Origin: Ignicoccus pacificus DSM 13166
Lineage (GTDB): Archaea > Thermoproteota > Thermoprotei_A > Sulfolobales > Ignicoccaceae
Direction: 5' to 3'
NCBI GenBank assembly: GCA_025340205.1
Contig: CP006868.1
Location: 300,001-332,000, forward strand
DNA length: 32,000 nt
Position 1 is the stretch's first letter. Every line of letters begins with the position of its first letter. Made by a program: the position numbers and the translations under genes. Shown here in pieces: positions 17,796-26,604 of this stretch. The notes under the pieces were generated by a model that had not been told where the DNA came from, did no database searches, and saw only the letters and a list, made by a program, of their open reading frames with translations.

Positions 17796-19670
17796 GTGCC
17801 CTCGATGGCAGTGCAAATACAAAAAACGGACGTTCCTTTGCAAATAGAGAAGCCAGCTACCAAGGAGTTGGTGGACGAGCTGTGGGACGAGGCTGAGGAG
17901 GTAAAGCTTCTCTTATTAGATTCAAAGGACGTGGAAGAGGCCAGAGGAGCCCTCTACAAGTGGCTCGCTGAGATGGAGCTGAAGTACCTCTACGGGGACA
18001 TGGACGTCCATCCGCTAATCCAAGCCCAAGCGCTTGAGGCGATTAAGGTATTCAGACAAGTGATAGCCCCTCAAAACGAGCAGCTGACGGGCTACTCTGC
18101 TCTCAAGTACTTGTACAAGCTCGCTAGGTACGAGGGAATAAAGGAGGTAGACGAAGGATTCGTCTTGGAGTTCATCCATCTATTCAAGGCGATCTATGGA
18201 AGGCCCGACATCTATCCAGCTAAGTACGCTGAAGGCCTTGGGTATTTTGACTTCTCCAAGCTGAAGGGAAGGCAAGCTGGAATAGCTAGGAGCAATTATC
18301 TGGACAAGCTCGCCTCTAGGGTATGGGAGTACATCAAGAGGTATCCCAGCGGCTTAGATCCAGAGGTAATAGAGAAGAGGAGGGAGAACAGGAAGAGGAT
18401 CTTGGAGGTTCTGGGAGGGAGCGAAGAGGACTGGTGGGACTATCAGTGGCACTACAGGAACGCCCTGAGGGGCAAGAGGGCGATAGAGGTCCTCAAGAAG
18501 CTAGTCAAGGGAATGAGTGAGGAGGACTGGGAGGCGCTCGAGCAAGCGGTCAAGTACAACGTGCCCTTCGGAATAACTCCCTACTACCTCCATCTCTTCG
18601 ACTTCGATGAGGGGTGGAAGAAGGACTACGCCGTAAGGAGGCAAGTGCTACCTCCTCTGCACTACGTCAAGGAGATGATAAGGCACTTGGACGAGAGGGA
18701 GTACTACTTCGACTTCATGGGAGAGCACGACACCAGCCCCCACCCGCTCATAACCAGAAGGTATCCTATGGTCGCCATACTCAAGGCCGCTCACACTTGC
18801 CCACAGATCTGTGTCTACTGTCAGAGGAACTGGGAGATCATGACTGCTATGGACAAGAGCGCCATTCCGACCAGAATGACTATAGATGAGGCAATAGACT
18901 GGTTCGCCGAGCATCCCAACATAATAGACGTCCTCGTAACGGGAGGAGATCCGTTTATCTTGAGGGACGATGACATAGAGCACATAGTGAAGAGGTTGAG
19001 CGAGTTGGACCACGTGAAGATGATAAGGTTCGGAACTAGGACGCCGGTGACGGTACCTATGAGGATAACCGAGAAGCTCGCTGAAATGCTCGGATCCTAC
19101 ATAGAGCCGGGCAAGAGGAACATCCACGTGGTGACCCACTTCGAGCACGCCTATGAGGTTACCCCAGAGGTGGCTCAAGCGGTAACCAACCTGAGGAAGA
19201 ACAAGATATACGTCTACAACCAGCAAGTGTTCACCTTCTGGAACAGCAGGAGGTTCGAGACCTCTGCCCTTAGGATTGCCCTAAAGAAGGTAGGAATAGA
19301 CCCTTACTACACCTTCTATCCTAAGGGTAAGTGGGAGACCAAGGATTACCTCGTTCCGGTAGCGAGGATAGAGCAGGAGAGGAAGGAGGAAGCGAGGGTT
19401 CTGCCAGGAACCTTTAGGACGGAGGAACCGGTGTTCAACGTTCCCAGATTAGGAAAGAACCACCTAAGGGCTTGGCAAGACCATCAGATCATAATGATAA
19501 GGCCTGATGGAAGAAGGGTCTACCTCTGGCACCCGTGGGAGAAGAACATACAGCTGGTGGCCCCCTACATCTATACCGACATGGTATCTATAAGGATGTA
19601 CTTGGATAAGCTAAAGGAAGTATTCAACGAAGATCTGGAGGACTACAAGAGCATATGGTACTACTACTGA
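17796..19670 (+). CDS. KamA (lysine 2,3-aminomutase)-like radical SAM protein with long N-terminal region
   Basis: HTCPQICVYCQRNWEI (CxxxCxxC), DVLVTGGDPFILRDDDIEHIVKRLSELDHVKMIRFGTRTPVTVPMRI, THFEHAYEVTPEV. Start may be ATG at 17805. Confidence 0.88.
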   Translation: MPSMAVQIQKTDVPLQIEKPATKELVDELWDEAEEVKLLLLDSKDVEEARGALYKWLAEMELKYLYGDMDVHPLIQAQALEAIKVFRQVIAPQNEQLTGYSALKYLYKLARYEGIKEVDEGFVLEFIHLFKAIYGRPDIYPAKYAEGLGYFDFSKLKGRQAGIARSNYLDKLASRVWEYIKRYPSGLDPEVIEKRRENRKRILEVLGGSEEDWWDYQWHYRNALRGKRAIEVLKKLVKGMSEEDWEALEQAVKYNVPFGITPYYLHLFDFDEGWKKDYAVRRQVLPPLHYVKEMIRHLDEREYYFDFMGEHDTSPHPLITRRYPMVAILKAAHTCPQICVYCQRNWEIMTAMDKSAIPTRMTIDEAIDWFAEHPNIIDVLVTGGDPFILRDDDIEHIVKRLSELDHVKMIRFGTRTPVTVPMRITEKLAEMLGSYIEPGKRNIHVVTHFEHAYEVTPEVAQAVTNLRKNKIYVYNQQVFTFWNSRRFETSALRIALKKVGIDPYYTFYPKGKWETKDYLVPVARIEQERKEEARVLPGTFRTEEPVFNVPRLGKNHLRAWQDHQIIMIRPDGRRVYLWHPWEKNIQLVAPYIYTDMVSIRMYLDKLKEVFNEDLEDYKSIWYYY

Positions 19671-19739
19671 GTTTTTGCACTTTCGCCCAACTCTCTTTAC
19701 ACAAATACTACCTCAAAGCACTAAGGACGGGGCTCAACT

Positions 19740-20426
19740 TTGGCCTTCCTGGTCGACAAGACCTTAGAGATTGCATATGATTTTGCAAGAGAGAAGTTCG
19801 GAGAGCTGATAAACAAGATCCAAAGTGGAAAACCTTTGACTAGCGAAGAAGCGAACTTCCTATTGCTCTTCATGGTGCTAAACGAGGTCAGATTGAGATA
19901 TGACGAGCTTTCAAGGCAAATTCAGCTGAACAGAGAGATGATAAAAGAAGTAAATGAAGACATGAAGAAGATGGAAGGAAGCTTAAGGAGTGAAATCAAA
20001 GCCACTGAGGAAAGGCTCAGAAGCGAGATGAAAGAGTGTGAAGAAAGGTTGAGGAACGAGATAAAGGCAACTGAAGAGAGACTCAGAAATGAGATCAAGG
20101 AGACTGAGGAAAGATTGAACAAGAAGATAGAAGAGACAAAGAATGATCTTGAGAAGAAGGTTGAGCTAGTTAGAGATGAGCTGAATAAAAGAATAGATGA
20201 TCTAAGGGTAGATCTGACCAAGCGTATAGACGATACCAACAGAAGGCTTGACTCCTTAGAGCATAGAGTTTACGAGCTTGAGAAAGATGTTGAAGAGCTA
20301 AAGGTAGCTGTCGCTAGATTGGATCATAAGGTTGACTTGTTGAGCGAAGATGTAAGGGAGATAAAGAGCATGATGAACTTGTTGTTAATGCATTTAGCGG
20401 GAATAAAGGTAGAGAAGGAGAAGTAG
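19740..20426 (+). CDS. coiled-coil protein containing 11-residue tandem repeats
   Basis: Near-exact (R)(S/N)E(I/M)K(A/E)(T/C)EERL repeat units; complete ORF of 228 aa. Confidence 0.8.
   Translation: MAFLVDKTLEIAYDFAREKFGELINKIQSGKPLTSEEANFLLLFMVLNEVRLRYDELSRQIQLNREMIKEVNEDMKKMEGSLRSEIKATEERLRSEMKECEERLRNEIKATEERLRNEIKETEERLNKKIEETKNDLEKKVELVRDELNKRIDDLRVDLTKRIDDTNRRLDSLEHRVYELEKDVEELKVAVARLDHKVDLLSEDVREIKSMMNLLLMHLAGIKVEKEK
19986..20150 (+). repeat. five in-frame 33-bp units encoding 11-residue repeats
   Basis: RSEIKATEERL / RSEMKECEERL / RNEIKATEERL / RNEIKETEERL / NKKIEETKNDL. Confidence 0.85.
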
Positions 20427-20475
20427 ATCAAAATAAAGAACTCTAACCGTAAGTATCTAAGGAACAATCGTAGAG

Positions 20476-20775
20476 CTACTGGCGTTCTGGCATCTTTTCT
20501 ACTACCTTCCCTAGGTATTTCCTCAGCTCATCCTCGGTAACTATATGAAGCTCTAACGGGAAGTAGATTGGTACCCCAGCTTTCTCTATTTCCTCCTCGA
20601 GTTCAATCCTTAATGTTATCCTGTCTTTACGGCTTAGCTTTTTTTGTCAAAAGCTATCGCTATACCCACATCGGAAGAGCAATCGTAATCCCCTCTTGCA
20701 ATACTTCCTACCAAGTACGCCCTTAATCCCTTCCTCTTCAACACTTCGAATATTATTGGTAAGTAATGGGGTCAC
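20476..20775 (-). pseudogene. MNT nucleotidyltransferase pseudogene
   Basis: Hand translation: HYLPIIFEVLKRKGLRAYLVGSIARGDYDCSSDVGIAIAFDKKS* then, in another frame, LSRKDRITLRIELEEEIEKAGVPIYFPLELHIVTEDELRKYLGKVVEKMPERQ*. Frame break at the 7-T run 20639-20645; SDVD changed to SDVG. Confidence 0.85.
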
Positions 20776-20797
20776 CTCCTCAGAATTAAGAACCTCC

Positions 20798-21283
20798 TTA
20801 AGGAGAGGGCCATAGCTCTCCCTCTATCGCTTCTAACCTCTTTATTATTTCTTCAGATGCCTTTACGAGCTCCTCCGCTTCTTCCTTCTTGTAAGGAATA
20901 GGCTTGTACCTAGCCTCGTACTACGCCTCTTCGAGTTCCCTCAGCTCCCTCCGATACCTCTTTGCTAACTCCTTTAACCTTTCAGAGACCTAATTTAATC
21001 CTTCAACGTCTAAACTGAAGGCTAGCTCCGCTAGGAGCTCCCTTATCTCATGTCCCCTTCTCTCTTCTCCACTAAGCCTCATTATCATTGCCTTTAGGTA
21101 AAGCTGAAGAGCTTGACCGGCGTGAAACGCCGCTAAGTCATAATATCCCTTTACTAGATCGTCCTTCGCTTCATCAAGGAAGGCCTTAGCCCTCTTCTTG
21201 AGGTATTAGTAGTGCTTCAAGATTTCATCCACCTTAAAGCTTTGAGGAAAGGAAGTTAAAAGGTCGCTAACACAAGCCTTCAT
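20798..21283 (-). pseudogene. HEPN-domain pseudogene with three internal stops
   Basis: Hand translation: MKACVSDLLTSFPQSFKVDEILKHY*YLKKRAKAFLDEAKDDLVKGYYDLAAFHAGQALQLYLKAMIMRLSGEERRGHEIRELLAELAFSLDVEGLN*VSERLKELAKRYRRELRELEEA*YEARYKPIPYKKEEAEELVKASEEIIKRLEAIEGELWPSP*. Confidence 0.88.
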
Positions 21284-21308
21284 CACAATTCAGTTCCGTG
21301 GCGAACGC

Positions 21309-23447
21309 TCATCCCATGAACCTCTCGAAGCCCTTCTCAAGCAGCTCCTCGAACTCGGGGACCTCTACCTCCTTGCTTCCATAGTTTACCTTAAAGGTAC
21401 CTCCTCCGAACTCCCCGATCACCTTGCCTCCGGTCCTCTTGAGCACCTCATCCAAGGCCTCTTCCTTCACTGCTATTAGGTACCTAGCTCCGGTTTCGGA
21501 GAAGAGCGCTTGATAGGGCTTCTCCCACTTCCCCGGAACCTCGTCCAACTTCAAGGTAACTCCTACTCCCCTAGCCATTTCAGCAGCAGCTACGGCCAAA
21601 CCTCCAACGCCTATATCATGGATACCAGTCACCCCGTCAAGTGTGATAACTTCCAGTATCTTCTCAGCGTTTCTCATTTCAGCAGAGGGCCTTGGGATGG
21701 GTGGCTTGCCTTGAACCTTCCCGAACACCGCCCAGAGGAACTCGCTTCCTCCGAGCTCTGGGAAGGTCTCTCCGACTATGACCAACTTGTCCCCTTCCTC
21801 AGCTCTCACCCTCTTTGCCTTCCTAACGTCCTCTACCTTCCCAATCATTGTTATCATCACGGTAGGCTTTATCTGCTTCCCAGTGACCTCGTCCTCATTA
21901 TAGAAGCTGACCTTACCTCCCACTATGGGTACCCTTACCTCCCTCTCCACCCAAGCTAGGCCATCGACCATCCTCACGAAGAACCAGAAGCGGTCGGGCT
22001 TCTCGGGGTTCCCGGCGTCTATCTGGTCCACAGCGGCTAAGGGCCTTCCCCCAGATGCTACCACGTTTCTGTAAGCTTCCAAGAAGACGTCAGCCGCTCC
22101 GTGTAAGGGATCCAAGTAGGTGTACCTGGGATTGGAGTCTGTGGTAGCTGCTATTCCCAGAGGCTCGGCCTCCAGGAGCCTTAGGACCGCTGAATCCCCC
22201 TCCCCAGGCTTGACTACGGTCCTTATCTGCACCTCGTGGTCGTATTGCTCGTATATCCACCTCTTAGAGGCTACGTTGGGAGAGCAGAGGACCTTCTCTA
22301 TTGCATTCTTCAGCTCTACCTCGGGGATCTTCGGGAACTTCTCCAGCTTCAAGTGCCACTGGGGCCTCTCATAGGGCCTGTCCAGCTCCGGTCCCTCTGC
22401 CAAGAACTTAGCTGGAACGTCAGCTACCTTCTCACCTTTGAAATAAGCTACGTAGTTCTTGCTGTCCGTGAACTTCCCTATTACGCTGTAAGGAACGTCG
22501 TACTTCTTCAGTATCTCCTCTACCCTCTCCAAGTTCTCTGGCTTCACTACAAGCATCATCCTCTCTTGGCTCTCGGAGACCATTATCTCCCAAGCGTCCA
22601 TTGGCTCCCTCAAGTGGAGCTTATCCAAGAACACTTCCGCTCCGAGATCGAAGGAGGCCGCCACTTCGCTTATGGCAGTTGCCAGACCTCCGCCGCCCAA
22701 GTCCTTCACGAATACTAATAGCTTCTTGTCTCTCATCTCCAAGATACTATCAATCAGGAGCTTCTCCATTACTGGATCCGGAACTTGGATTGCAGCGTAC
22801 TCCTCCTCCACTCCCTCCTCCAAGTTCTTGGAAGCGAAGGAGGAGCCCAGAAGACCATCCTTTCCCGTATAGTTACCAGCTATTATGATCAAGTCTCCTG
22901 GTCTAGGCCTTCCATTAATCAGTTTATCCTTAGGACAGACGCCTATACAAGCGGCCGAAACCATGGGATTCCTGTTGAAGTCCGGGTCGAACCAAGTCTC
23001 TCCTCCTACCGTAGGAACGCCTATCCGGTTTCCGTAATCGCTTATTCCCTTAACAACTCCCCTCACGTGCCACTTGGTCCTGTACTCCCTCAGGTCACCA
23101 AATATCAAGTCGTCGAGTAGGGCTATCGGCTTAGCTCCAGAGCTCAAGATATCCCTAACTATTCCTCCCACTCCCGTAGCGGCTCCGTTGTAGGGGTCGA
23201 CGGCCGAAGGATGGTTGTGGCTCTCTATCCTGAAGGCAACGTAAACGGGTCCCAGCTCTACTACCGCCGCATCTCCCCCCTTGACAACCCAAGGGGCCTC
23301 CATCGCTAGCTTCCTCAAGTGCTTCCTAGAGCTCTTGTAGGAGCAGTGCTCGCTCCACTGGGCCTCGAACATCGCTATCTCTACTTGAGTGGGCTCCCTC
23401 TTCAATTCTCTTTTAATAAGGCTCAGCTCCTCGTTAGTCAGAGGCAA
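21309..23447 (-). CDS. purL: phosphoribosylformylglycinamidine synthase subunit PurL
   Basis: MFEAQWSEHCSYKSSRKHLRKL, RIESHNHPSAVDPYNGAATGVGGIVRDI, VKDLGGGGLATAISE, HDIGVGGLAVAAAEMA. Confidence 0.96.
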   Translation of the reverse strand: MPLTNEELSLIKRELKREPTQVEIAMFEAQWSEHCSYKSSRKHLRKLAMEAPWVVKGGDAAVVELGPVYVAFRIESHNHPSAVDPYNGAATGVGGIVRDILSSGAKPIALLDDLIFGDLREYRTKWHVRGVVKGISDYGNRIGVPTVGGETWFDPDFNRNPMVSAACIGVCPKDKLINGRPRPGDLIIIAGNYTGKDGLLGSSFASKNLEEGVEEEYAAIQVPDPVMEKLLIDSILEMRDKKLLVFVKDLGGGGLATAISEVAASFDLGAEVFLDKLHLREPMDAWEIMVSESQERMMLVVKPENLERVEEILKKYDVPYSVIGKFTDSKNYVAYFKGEKVADVPAKFLAEGPELDRPYERPQWHLKLEKFPKIPEVELKNAIEKVLCSPNVASKRWIYEQYDHEVQIRTVVKPGEGDSAVLRLLEAEPLGIAATTDSNPRYTYLDPLHGAADVFLEAYRNVVASGGRPLAAVDQIDAGNPEKPDRFWFFVRMVDGLAWVEREVRVPIVGGKVSFYNEDEVTGKQIKPTVMITMIGKVEDVRKAKRVRAEEGDKLVIVGETFPELGGSEFLWAVFGKVQGKPPIPRPSAEMRNAEKILEVITLDGVTGIHDIGVGGLAVAAAEMARGVGVTLKLDEVPGKWEKPYQALFSETGARYLIAVKEEALDEVLKRTGGKVIGEFGGGTFKVNYGSKEVEVPEFEELLEKGFERFMG

Positions 23448-23535
23448 ATCCTTCGTCCCCGTCTACTGGGGAGAGGGAAGATTAATCAAAAAGCCGCGCA
23501 GAGGTCGTCGAACTTGCATAGCGTCCTAGGGAGTT

Positions 23536-23994
23536 TTATGAGATGATGCCCTTACAAGGAGGTACCACTTGAAGATCTTCTACTCCATACTCGTTTTGGA
23601 CGTATTCCCACGCTTTGACTATTCTCTTCCAGCCCTTTACGTCCTCCGTTACCACTATTTCCACATCCTTCTGAGCAATCAAGACTGCGCGGACAGCGTC
23701 GTAGGTTAGCCCACTGAGCTCCGCTATTCTCTTTGCCAGTATGAAGGTTTCCAAGTCAGCTTCCAAGAGGTATAAGGGGAAGGAGAAGTAGCTCTTAACG
23801 ATCCTTCCAGCAGCTTCAACGCTTAAGTTAGCTACGGCCCGAGTAGCTCGAAGGCTACGGACTTGGATCCATAGCCCTTTAACTCCTTCTCCGGCACCAT
23901 TTCAAGCACTTCGCTAGAGCATTTAGCGAATTTGGGGGCGATCGAGCGCTACGTATATGAATACGTTGGCGTCAATGTGAACCCGCTTGTTCAT
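23536..23994 (-). pseudogene. PIN-domain (VapC-like) pseudogene, two frameshifts
   Basis: Hand translation: MNKRVHIDANVFIYVALDRP / KFAKCSSEVLEMVPEKELKGYGSKSVAFELL / RAVANLSVEAAGRIVKSYFSFPLYLLEADLETFILAKRIAELSGLTYDAVRAVLIAQKDVEIVVTEDVKGWKRIV. Breaks at the 5-G run 23934-23938 and near 23847. Confidence 0.83.
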
Positions 23995-24222
23995 TAAGAC
24001 TTCTCTCAACGAGCTCGAGGCACTCGCCTCTTTGTTCTTGAGGATCTTTGACGCTCTCTTCAGCTCTTCCAAAGGATTTTGGACCTTCACCGGGATCAGC
24101 ACTATTTTATCTCCCTCAAACTTTGCTATTAGCTTATCTCAAATCTTTATCCCTAACTTCTCCCTCAGCTCCTTTGGTATGGCGACTTGATACTTCCTAG
24201 TAACACTGACCTCTACTTTCCT
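23995..24222 (-). pseudogene. AbrB-type VapB-like antitoxin pseudogene
   Basis: Hand translation: RKVEVSVTRKYQVAIPKELREKLGIKI*DKLIAKFEGDKIVLIPVKVQNPLEELKRASKILKNKEASASSSLREVL; in-frame TGA at 24139-24141, in the position where this family normally has Gly (GIKxGD). Confidence 0.82.
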
Positions 24223-24311
24223 CTACCCTACAGCAGTACCGTACTGCTCCCACTAGAGCCTATATCATCTATCCTTAGCCTCCCGACGCCTTCTAGCCAT
24301 GGGGACTCGGA

Positions 24312-24992
24312 GTGGCTAAACCATGGGTAGTGGGTCATAGAGGAGCTAGGTACGTGGTGAAGGAGAATACCCTCCAAGCCTTCCGCTACGCCTTAGAGCA
24401 CGGAGCAGATGCGGTTGAGTGCGACGTGTGGAAGGCCAGGGACGGAAGCTTGGTGGTAACCCACGATAGGGAAATAGAGGTGGCGAGGAGGAAGTACGAC
24501 GTAAAGTCCCTCACCTTGAGACAGATAAAGAGCATGAAGCCCACCATACCTACTTTGAAGGAGGTGTTAGCGTTGGTAGTCGAGGGATATAAGAAGCACT
24601 TGTTCGTGGAGCTAAAGGATCCTAGCGCTTGGGAGAAGCTAGATGAGGAGCTGGAAGGATGGGACAACGTTACCGTGATCTCCTTCTACGCTCCTCAGCT
24701 GAAGAAGATGAGGTATCCCAGCAAGGGCTTGCTCTTCGTTCTGAGACCCCTAAGCTTGAAGAACGTGATAGAGGGAATGGATCTAGAGTGGATAGCTCCG
24801 AGGAGGGATATGGTCGATCAAGAGCTCCTTCAAGAGGCGAGGGACTTGAACCTGAAGGTGCTGACTTGGCTTCACAACAGGCCAAAGGAGGTGAGGGAAG
24901 CGTTAAGGTGGGGGGTTGACGCCTTCGCGACCGACAGGCCTGACTTGGCGATAAGGTGGATGAATAAGGGCTTGGAGGAGTGGATTAAATGA
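24312..24992 (+). CDS. glycerophosphodiester phosphodiesterase
   Basis: GTG start; VVGHRGARYVVKENTLQAFRYALEHGADAVECDVWKARDGSLVVTHD. Confidence 0.93.
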   Translation: MAKPWVVGHRGARYVVKENTLQAFRYALEHGADAVECDVWKARDGSLVVTHDREIEVARRKYDVKSLTLRQIKSMKPTIPTLKEVLALVVEGYKKHLFVELKDPSAWEKLDEELEGWDNVTVISFYAPQLKKMRYPSKGLLFVLRPLSLKNVIEGMDLEWIAPRRDMVDQELLQEARDLNLKVLTWLHNRPKEVREALRWGVDAFATDRPDLAIRWMNKGLEEWIK

Positions 24993-25654
24993 TAAGGCTC
25001 GATCCTCTTAAGGAGGCCTTGAGGGATATACCCTATGTCTGGGAGGAGATGAAGGAAGCCGAAATATTCCAAAAGGTAAAGGTGGAGGAGCCGCCGTTCA
25101 TATTTAGAGCAGACGGGGTGGGCTTTGGAAAGTACTTCGAGGAGATCGGGAGCCCTAGGGATGAGACAGTTCACAGAGCCTTGGTGAATGCTTCTAAGAA
25201 GCTTCTAGAGGTCTACTCGTGCTCCCAAGCCTACGTCTCCAGCGACGAGGTGAGCGTGCTCTGCGAGCACTTAATCTATGGAGGAAGGGTGGAGAAGATA
25301 GACAGCACCTTTTCCTCTTTGCTCGGAGCCTTCTTCAGTGTGGAAGTCTCACCCCTCCCTCCTGGATGGTTCGACGGAAGAACTATCGTCGGAATAAGCT
25401 GGAAGAGCTACTTGAGGTGGAGACTCAAGGTCACCCTCTGCAACTACGTCTCATTGATAACGAGAAAGCCTTGTAGGAAAGGGATGGAAGAGGTAAAGGA
25501 GGTTCCGGAGATGGCGCTGGGAACGTTAATCGTTTGGAGGGAGTACGAAAAGGAAGGCTACAACCCTATGACGGGGGAGAGGGTAAAGGTGAAGAGGAGG
25601 AGACTCGAGGAGCTGAGAGGAGAGGATCTTCTAAGGGCGATATTGGGTCCTTAG
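24989..25654 (+). CDS. Thg1-like tRNA(His) guanylyltransferase / 3'-5' polymerase
   Basis: PPFIFRADGVGFGKYFEEIGSPRDETVHRALVNASKKLLE, AYVSSDEVSVL, RVEKIDSTFSSLLGAFF; 4 bp overlap with the GDPD gene. Confidence 0.82.
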   Translation: MIRLDPLKEALRDIPYVWEEMKEAEIFQKVKVEEPPFIFRADGVGFGKYFEEIGSPRDETVHRALVNASKKLLEVYSCSQAYVSSDEVSVLCEHLIYGGRVEKIDSTFSSLLGAFFSVEVSPLPPGWFDGRTIVGISWKSYLRWRLKVTLCNYVSLITRKPCRKGMEEVKEVPEMALGTLIVWREYEKEGYNPMTGERVKVKRRRLEELRGEDLLRAILGP

Positions 25655-26067
25655 GAGAGCTCTTCCATTACCTCCTTCACCTCCCTTATCACCTCTCGCA
25701 CCTCCTCCTTGAGCTTCTCCACGTTGGAGTTTTCCGGCCCGTCCTTATATGCCTCAAATATCTTGAGGACCTTCTTCGTTATTTCATTTATATTGCTTCC
25801 TTCGATGTTTGCTATTTCCTCACTAACCTTCTCTATATCAGTAAGAGGTATCATGTAAACGTACTCCTCGGCCTTCTCCCCGAACTTCTCCTTGAGCTCA
25901 TTGAAATGCTTAATGAAGAGTATACCAAGTACGTTTTCCCATGCTTCAAACGTCATGCCGGAGGCTTTCCCCACGAAGTTCTCCTCTAAGAACTTTTCCG
26001 CCAGCTCTAACTCTCCCTTGAGAGACTCTAAACGGTATTGAAGAATTTCTTTATGATTAGATGGCAC
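25651..26067 (-). CDS. helical hypothetical protein, possibly PaREP1/HEPN-like
   Basis: 138 aa, N-terminal SLKGELELAEKFLEENFVGKAS pattern; family assignment weak. Confidence 0.5.
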   Translation of the reverse strand: MPSNHKEILQYRLESLKGELELAEKFLEENFVGKASGMTFEAWENVLGILFIKHFNELKEKFGEKAEEYVYMIPLTDIEKVSEEIANIEGSNINEITKKVLKIFEAYKDGPENSNVEKLKEEVREVIREVKEVMEELS

Positions 26068-26070
26068 CGC

Positions 26071-26604
26071 TCATCGGGCCCTCTTCCAACAGATCCTCTC
26101 GTAGCCCTTTATCTTGTCCCCCTTACGACACCAAAGCATGAGTATCCTTCCCTCTTCATCGGGAATGTCGTATTCACAAGAGGTCTCCGCTACCTCAAAC
26201 CTCCAGCCAGGAGGGAGAAGCCAGAAGGCCTCGTAGTCGTACTCCGCTTCTCCTCCCTCGAACTCGTTCTCAAAGCAGTTAAGGCCTTCCCTTACCGGTC
26301 CCTTGAACTCTAAGATGAACGTATAGTACGGGATTTCCGCAAATCCGACGAACTCTAAGCTCGTGTTCTTAACTATTACCCTAACTCTCTCCCCGTTTAT
26401 TCTAACCTTTTCTTTATCCAGCTCCCTCTGCATGTTCTGCCACACAGTCTCTATTTCTTTTCTATACTCGAAGGGTCTGTGAACAAGCTCCGCCAGCTCG
26501 GCCTTTTCATCGTAGTAGTAATAGTTTACCACTTCCCAGATCCTCCACTCGCTTCCGTTGAGGTAGACGTTGTAGTAGCCTTGAGCGTGGATGGGCCTCA
26601 TCAA
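26071..26604 (-). CDS. conserved hypothetical protein
   Basis: 177 aa ORF overlapping the aCPSF1 stop by 4 bp. Confidence 0.65.
   Translation of the reverse strand: MMRPIHAQGYYNVYLNGSEWRIWEVVNYYYYDEKAELAELVHRPFEYRKEIETVWQNMQRELDKEKVRINGERVRVIVKNTSLEFVGFAEIPYYTFILEFKGPVREGLNCFENEFEGGEAEYDYEAFWLLPPGWRFEVAETSCEYDIPDEEGRILMLWCRKGDKIKGYERICWKRAR

Noticed and set aside
20639-20645. Homopolymer of 7 nt as a possible programmed slippage site in the MNT gene
   Set aside because: The same gene also lacks a start and has SDVD changed to SDVG, and the upstream HEPN partner has three stops, so decay explains it better than recoding.
20921-20992. Two in-frame TAG codons in HEPN as possible pyrrolysine or readthrough codons
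   Set aside because: A third stop is TAA, the adjacent MNT is also disrupted, and there is no pylRS/tRNA-Pyl evidence in the window.
23987-24190. Plus-strand 67 aa ORF in the gap before the GDPD gene
   Set aside because: It is antisense to the reconstructed VapB pseudogene, which has clear family motifs.
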